A stretch of DNA of 63,268 nucleotides, the filler included, from Folioceros fuciformis (Eukaryota), in assembly GCA_049999805.1 (NCBI GenBank). It is 9 parts of 9 records of this genome, joined end to end, with 100 filler letters (N's around TTAATTAATTAA, not from the genome) between each part and the next. Parts side by side here need not be neighbours in the genome. Positions count along the whole stretch, not along the records: positions 57,038 to 61,271 come from JBNGIO010003991.1; positions 61,372 to 63,268 come from JBNGIO010004010.1; 7 more parts are not named here. One strand, written 5' to 3'. Below the pieces are notes generated by a model. It worked only from the letters and a program-made list of their open reading frames with translations. It had not been told where the DNA came from and did not search any database. Positions 57,126 to 63,268 of the stretch are shown piece by piece (position 1 is the first letter of the stretch; every line of letters starts with the position of its first letter). The translations under genes were made by a program, and so were the position numbers.

Positions 57126-59105
57126 ATGGATCTTTACTCCTCCAGTGAGCTCCAGCTTGGGAAGAGGCATGTTGGGAGAGTGTTGTATGGCACACTGTGC
57201 ACAACACCTATGCGCTTTACTGCCATCCATACATTGTTGGAAGACGAAGCTGGCAATGCTATACGGCTTTCCATGTATAACGCGGTCACCTCTAAAACCA
57301 ATATCTCTGCCATCCAGGCTCTCTACCCAGAAGGCATGAAGCTGGCGATCAAGGAACCGTACTTCAAGCAGTTCCACGACCTCGGCGTCGGTCTTCGAGT
57401 GGACAATCCGGCCGACATTGTTGCAGTCGACCCGGGCGGCGATTCCGAGCTTCAAGAGGAGGCGGCAAGCACTGCGCACGCGGTTGAGCTGAGGCGGAAG
57501 ACGGGGAACAGCTTTTTTGCTGCGGAGCAGTGGACGCGGGCTATAGATATGTACACCAGGTGTGTGGATGCGTGCGAGTCATCGACAGATGTCGAGCCCA
57601 GGGTTCGCATGTTTGCATTGTCTAACCGAGCGGAAGCGTGGCTCCGCCTTCACCTGCACGAGAATGCTCTCTGCGATGTTGTAAAGGCCTTGATCATGGA
57701 TCCGACCCATGACAAGAGCATGCTGCGCAAAGGTAAGGCTCTTTGCGGGCTGCAGTGCTTCGGAGAAGCCATCACATGCTTCGAGGCGCTGCTCAAGCAA
57801 CTGCGAGATCGGAAATCTCGGGCCTCTCCAATCCAGAGGAAGGAGGTCATGGAGGCACTTAGAGAGGCGAGAACGTTCGACCAGCAGAGCCGTTTGGGAG
57901 ACTATCATTCAAGTGTTTTCTTGAACTACTCGGATGCTGCCCCTCCTAAGTGCAGCGAATTTGTTGGGCCTGTAGAGATCAGGCAAATGGAGGGTGACAA
58001 GAGAAGTGTCGGCCGCGGATTATTTGTCACAAGGGATGTGCAAGAAGGGGAGCTGCTGCTGGTCAGCAATGCGCTGGCTGTAGCAAGGGGTGAGGACGCA
58101 GAACTTGGGACAGTAGAAGGTCCTGATGAAATGCACGACTCCGTAAGGGATGACTTGATAACGAAGGTGATGCAGGTTGCGATGGCATCTCCTCGGAAGT
58201 TGTTGCAGCTCTACAGTCTGTCAGACGGCACTAACCATCCACCGGTGCCTGCCATGACGCTCTTTAAGCCTCCTGAGGGAATGGAAGCAGCACGCTTAAC
58301 TTCGGTCCAAGAAGGACAGTTACCCGAGATAGATGTGGCTCGAATCCATCGGATTGTGCGAACCAATGCCCTCCAAAGTCGCGGTGCGGGGGGTGTTAAA
58401 TTCCTGCAGTCAGCGACTCGTATGTGGGTGCTGCCATCGTTCCTTAACCATTCATGCATTCCCAATGCCCACTTTCTGCAGATAGGAGATGCCATGTTTG
58501 TGCGGGCATTTCGGGACATTTCTGCAGGATCAGAGGTCACAGCCGCTTACTTTGACATCCTACAGCCGTTGCAGGAGAGGGACAGGATCCTGAACGGAAT
58601 GGGCTTTCGGTGCTGCTGTCCCAGGTGCTCTTTCGAGCGGTGCCTAGTTGCACAATTTCCTACCCTCAAATGGATTGCGGCACTCAAGACCAGTATTGAT
58701 CATAATCGGAGCTTGATCAATGGCCACCCCGAAGATGCCACGATTGTCGCAGGATTAAACGAAATTCTCCAGGCAATGAAACCGCAGGACGGGAAGAGGA
58801 AGGACTGGGTTCAAGCGTCGTTTCTGCAGTGCTACTGGAGCACCCAATCCATGAAGGGTACTCAATCCCTCAGCTTCTTGTTCAATCTCACCTTCAATAT
58901 TGTTCCGTCAGAGTTACTGCTGGCCGCTGTTATGAAGGCCGTGCAATACCGGGCATCCGGTGACACCCGCTGCATCAAGAGGTGGAATGATCTTGCTGTG
59001 AGAATCTGTAAATGCATCTTCGGACCACAGCAACCGGCAATCTACAACGCTTTGATGGAACAAGTTCTCTCGGACGCTGAGCGAGATCTGCTATCTGCTT
59101 CATAG
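57126..59105 (+). CDS. Intronless TPR plus split-SET (SMYD-like) protein with an extra N-terminal domain
   Basis: TPRs (RKTGNSFF...AIDMY, SNRAEAWL, KSMLRKGKAL), SET-N GRGLFVTRDVQEGELL, SET-C FLNHSCIPN...RAFRDI..G.EV...Y and post-SET GFRCCCPRC. The true start may lie upstream in the gap. Confidence 0.88.
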   Translation: MDLYSSSELQLGKRHVGRVLYGTLCTTPMRFTAIHTLLEDEAGNAIRLSMYNAVTSKTNISAIQALYPEGMKLAIKEPYFKQFHDLGVGLRVDNPADIVAVDPGGDSELQEEAASTAHAVELRRKTGNSFFAAEQWTRAIDMYTRCVDACESSTDVEPRVRMFALSNRAEAWLRLHLHENALCDVVKALIMDPTHDKSMLRKGKALCGLQCFGEAITCFEALLKQLRDRKSRASPIQRKEVMEALREARTFDQQSRLGDYHSSVFLNYSDAAPPKCSEFVGPVEIRQMEGDKRSVGRGLFVTRDVQEGELLLVSNALAVARGEDAELGTVEGPDEMHDSVRDDLITKVMQVAMASPRKLLQLYSLSDGTNHPPVPAMTLFKPPEGMEAARLTSVQEGQLPEIDVARIHRIVRTNALQSRGAGGVKFLQSATRMWVLPSFLNHSCIPNAHFLQIGDAMFVRAFRDISAGSEVTAAYFDILQPLQERDRILNGMGFRCCCPRCSFERCLVAQFPTLKWIAALKTSIDHNRSLINGHPEDATIVAGLNEILQAMKPQDGKRKDWVQASFLQCYWSTQSMKGTQSLSFLFNLTFNIVPSELLLAAVMKAVQYRASGDTRCIKRWNDLAVRICKCIFGPQQPAIYNALMEQVLSDAERDLLSAS

Positions 59106-59639
59106 CTTGCTACCATCCAGAGCTAAGCGCACATACACAAGCTCTGAATACAAAATGTAAACATATCATTAACAGCTCACCCGCCATCAGTCCCCACGGA
59201 CCGGGTTCAGATAGTTTCACTTTCTTGTGAGACCCTAGCTTTTGGCTAGTTTCCTGTCCAGATGACAATCACCGGTTTCTGCTTAGTGAGTGATAAGAGC
59301 CGGGGCTGTGTCCTTCATACCTGTGCCAAGGCAAATGAAATGCATCTTTGCTATGTCACTCTTTATTTGATCATGCCACAATATAGACAGCTTTTCCACT
59401 TTTGCTGCGCTCCTGCAGACGTTGGCTGATGCGTTACAGCCTTGGCCTTCGGTCACTTGAACACTCAGAATGGCACACCTTTGGACGTCACGAAAACTGT
59501 ACGATTGTGGAATGACCGCCTCACTTCCACGACCATCTGGGCAGAGTGGAGAGGAGAGACATTGTTCTAAGAGATGGTTACCGTGTCCATCGATTCTCCG
59601 ATGCTTGTTGCAGTTGTAAGCCATGAAGCTGGCCGAAAT

Positions 59640-59860
59640 CCGATCAGCTATTGGCATCTGGGTGCTGCCATCGTTCCTCAATCATTCATGCATTGCCAAT
59701 GCCTACTGGAGGAGATAGCAGAGGCCCTGTTTGTGCGCGCATTTCGTGACATTTCTGCAGGAGCAGAGGTCACAATCTTCTACTTTGATATGAGGCAGGA
59801 GAGAGACAGGATCCTAAACAGGAGGGGATTTCGGTGCTGTTGTCCCATATGATATTTCAG
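59640..59860 (+). pseudogene. Frameshifted duplicate of the SET-C/post-SET segment
   Basis: WVLPSFLNHSCIANA and LFVRAFRDISAGAEVTIFYFD...GFRCCCP lie in different frames. Similar to 58410-58625. Confidence 0.85.
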
Positions 59861-60410
59861 CAGGCGCTAGTTGTGTGAGAGGCAGGTGCTACAATTTAAT
59901 ATGTCCTATTAATTTATTGCTAGTGAAATTGTAGCAACAGAGTAACGCCCCTTTCCTTATGCAGGTTAAAAGGAAGCAACGGCCTCGAATCTCGTCTATT
60001 CACTCGAGAGCGTTCTCCTTACAAATCACTCACTCGCTCTCACACGACTCAGCACTAGGCTCCAAGCAGCATTAGGCTCCTAAACAGGAAGGGCTTTCGG
60101 TGCTGTTGTCCCATATGCTATTTCCAGCAGGCGCTAGTTGTGTGAGAGGCAGGTGCTACAATTTAATATGTCCTATTNNNNNNNNNNGCGCTAGTTGTGT
60201 GAGAGGCAGGTGCTACAATTTAATATGTCCTATTGATTTATTGCTAGTGAAATTGTAACACCAACATAGTAACGCCCCTTTCCTTATGCAGCATAAAAGG
60301 AAGCAACGACCTCGAATCTCGTCTATTCACTCCAGAGCGTTCTCTTTACAAATCACTCACTCCCTCTCACACGACTCAACACTAGGCTCCAGGCAGCACT
60401 AGGCTCCTGG
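59812..60410. repeat. Local tandem duplication (~270-bp unit) spanning the SET-fragment/LTR junction
   Basis: TCCTAAACAGGA...GGTGCTGTTGTCCCATATG...GTGAGAGGCAGGTGCTACAATTT recurs at ~59812 and ~60078; its later part recurs again after the 10-N gap at ~60188. Confidence 0.75.
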
Positions 60411-61271
60411 TAGCCTGCTATCCACTGATGACTGGACTGTAGTAACTAGCTAGGTGCTGCTCTTTATTCAAGATGCTTACAAAAGAGTATGGCGATCTAA
60501 GCCCCACTGGCTACTGCCCTAGACTTAATCTAACAAGCTTACTCTTCAAGCCCTCTACAGCTATGTCTCAAGGCTAGACTTCTCACTATCTACCTCTCTC
60601 TATATCTTTGTGTCCCTTCTCAAGGCCTTAGCACTGGCCTATTTTTACTCCACAGCTAAGCCACTATTAAAGCTGGGAATAATACACACTGATGAAGAAG
60701 CATACTTGCTTCTTCATCAAGACAGCTCTAGATTTAGCTTTCACCTTTTTACTTTACCTTTCACCTTATTTCACTTGTACCATTACTCTCTCCCCCACTA
60801 GGAAAGTGTTATTGTCCTCAATGACTTGCAGTATAATGTGAGATCATCCATGATCCTTGTTGCACATCTTGAAGTGAAACCTAGATAGGATCTATAAAAT
60901 CACGAAGCCTTACTAGATACTCTAGAACATTATCACGGATAGAAGGCACTTCTCTTTTTGCTAGAAATTCAACAATCTCCTGCAGACGATGGTTATATTG
61001 AACCAGGATGACATAGTCTTTCCTATTCATGTCTTCATTTTCTTTCAAAATCACAAACAGTTGCAACAAAGAGACATGAAACACATAACACGATCTAACC
61101 AAGACGAGCGTATTCCGCCATTTTGGGCTTCGCGAGGTTTTGGCACTGAAAACTTGTGTCGTATATCCGCATTTTCCCGTGTTCTTGTTAGGAGAACCCA
61201 GAATGTGGCCTAAAAGAGTGTTGAGTATAAACTTAATCATGAATTGTTTCCAAAGTACTAGCAAATTTGCG
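60254..61271 (-). mobile_element. Ty3/gypsy chromovirus 3' remnant (integrase tail, chromodomain, PPT, ~530-bp LTR 60254-60787)
   Basis: VFHVSLL motif and chromodomain-like VEFLAKRE...EYLVR. PPT GGGGGAGAG near 60790. The LTR ends GGTGTTACA at 60254. Confidence 0.65.
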
Positions 61272-61371
61272 NNNNNNNNNNNNNNNNNNNNNNNNNNNNN
61301 NNNNNNNNNNNNNNNTTAATTAATTAANNNNNNNNNNNNNNNNNNNNNNNNNNNNNNNNNNNNNNNNNNNN

Positions 61372-61684
61372 GAGTGAAGTGAGTGAGGGAAGTCGCAAAT
61401 CTGAGAGGTTAGGGTTGTTGTAGTGACTGGAGTGAGTTTGTGGGCATCAAGAGAGGAGCAGCTCACTTCTGGACAGCGAGGCCTGTCCTACGCCTGATCG
61501 GAGCTGGAGGGGAGTCCTCGAATCCATCATCGAGTCGATTGAGTCCGACCCTCCATCCACAGCAGCAAGGAACCCCATCGCTCCTTCGTGGGAACGAAAC
61601 CCAATATCTCAACGACAGTGGGATAAGTGTGGCCACTAAAGGTGGAACCCGTCGGCAATCAGTGCCCGGGGTTTTGCCTCCACA
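61372..61684 (+). mobile_element. LTR-like dispersed repeat, copy 5 (3' part)
   Basis: Highly similar to the reverse complement of 45549-45865. Ends GTTTTGCCTCCACA. Confidence 0.8.
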
Positions 61685-61842
61685 GTGGGACTCCTGCGGA
61701 CTTCCATAGGAGCTTGATGGCTTCCCTTTGTCGTCGTCTAGCNNNNNNNNNNNNNNNNNNNNNNNNNNNNNNNNNNNNNNNNNNNNNNNNNNNNNNNNNN
61801 NNNNNNNNNNNNNNNNNNNNNNNNNNNNNNNNNNNNNNNNNN

Positions 61843-63268
61843 GCACCCCGGACACTTGGGCCACCTGTAAAGATCTGGTCTGAAGGTTAGAGCCCAGTTT
61901 TCACCTAGTCAGAACTAGCATTGAACCTTTGGTTTATTGGAGGTTCGTGGCCCAATTGGGCGTTTGCCCGCCGTGCACCATCACCCTGCCCGAGCGGATT
62001 TACAGAGGAAAGTGATGGCCCGCAACTCTCCCCCTCGACCTTCCCCATCATCCCTACCCTGAACTTCTAGAGAACCGTCGAGAGACACGACCTTGATTGA
62101 CTTCAACATCTCCTTGCCATCAGCTCTCGCAATCCAGACCGCCCTATCCAGATCCACTGCTTCATCATGCTCATCATCCGCCTCCTCTGAATCGATTCCC
62201 CTACTATCCATGGAATAAGCGTACCACCCTGCCTCTTCTATGGTAGGTTGCTGCCTTAAGAGCTATCGCACCTTTTCCTCTAATCCCTCGTGCAACCATG
62301 AAAAAATGAACATGATGTGCCGGGCCCCAATGCCAAAACCCTCTTTGACCTGATCTACCTCCTTCCAACAGGACTCAGCTCTGTTCCATAAATGGCTGAC
62401 CTCGATAACACCTTTCCAACAAGCTAGCCCGAAGATTTGTGACCGATATACCCTAGACCTGAAGTCCTGTACCCATGGTCTCGAGAAACCCTGTAGAGGG
62501 ATACCAAGAACATCGTCCACATGGGAGAAGTTGCTTGGAAGAATATAGTGTTTGACCTCCAAGTAATTGCTCCAGATGGACTTAAAAATTGGGGAGCATT
62601 CTGTAGTATCAAGTAGCAGTTTGTCAGCCAGAATGTTGTCTATAGGCCTCCTTCCCCTGGGGACAGCTTGGGTGCAATCCAAATGCTGTGTTAGAAGGCT
62701 CTTCCAAGGATAGTATGTCGTATCAGCTGCCCTGATAACCCATTGCGCATGCAAAACTTTCATCTTGGCAACCAGGTCTACCATCCCGAGACCCCCCATT
62801 CCGTGCGCCTGAATAGTATGTTGCCAAGACACTTTAGAACACCCAGCCATATTATCTCCCGAATGCTTCCACAGGAAAGGAGTCAGCACCTGTTGTAAGC
62901 ACCTCACCTCTGACTTAGAAGGGGCCCACAAAAACAGATAGTACCAAAGAGTTGTAGTAAGGATCTGGTTGATCACCACCAACCTACCTGCCAAATTGAG
63001 CTCCAACAATTGTAAACTAGCCGCTTTGCGAATGAACCTGAGATAGACGTACTTCCCTATCTCCCCATTCTCATCCCCTTCTTGGAAAGGGAGCCCCAAA
63101 TACTTGCGAGTAGACCCCAAGGTCACTCGCCTGGTGTGGTAAACACAATGAGGGGGCTCCCCCTCCATGTGCGGACACATCATGCGCGTCTTATTCCAAT
63201 TCACCTTGCAGCCCGAAAGTTCAAGGAGATCGTAGGCAGGCGGAAGCTTAGTGACCTAGCTTGGTAGA
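61843..63268 (-). mobile_element. L1-clade LINE ORF2 remnant (post-RT region)
   Basis: KYLGLPF, LNLAGRLVVINQIL...WYY and KVSW...GGLGMVDL motifs in ORF 62263-63204. Confidence 0.85.

Noticed and set aside
22875..61327. Recurring palindromic TTAATTAATTAA motif, eight copies
   Set aside because: Always centred in 100-nt N blocks. It is a six-frame-stop linker added during assembly, not biology.

Overview
Eukaryotic land-plant nuclear DNA. Short introns, moderate GC and the gene content suggest a seed-free plant such as a hornwort or lycophyte (inference). The window is nine scaffolds joined by artificial N44-TTAATTAATTAA-N44 linkers, so adjacency across those linkers is not biological evidence. 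Recognisable genes: an intronless LRR receptor-like kinase with degenerate catalytic motifs, a MOR1/XMAP215 gene of about 54 exons, an EPFL-type cysteine-rich peptide, RMI2, a polyphenol oxidase with an apparent secretory leader, a frameshifted SDR, tRNA-Arg(ACG), an EBS/SHL-type BAH-PHD gene, a fully intronless MSH1 with a decayed duplicate of its 3' end nearby, an AVT6-like amino-acid transporter, a NEPRO/DUF4477-like gene, and an intronless TPR-SET gene with an extra N-terminal domain. The rest is nested retroelement debris (Ty1/copia, chromodomain Ty3/gypsy, L1-like and possibly RLE-type LINEs, five copies of a ~1.55-kb LTR-like repeat) plus tandem repeats. Most notable are the intronless MSH1 and its decayed partial copy, a copia LTR with symmetric non-canonical AG...CT ends, the seven-cysteine EPFL peptide and the TPR-SET gene. 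No clearly new multi-gene system could be supported.
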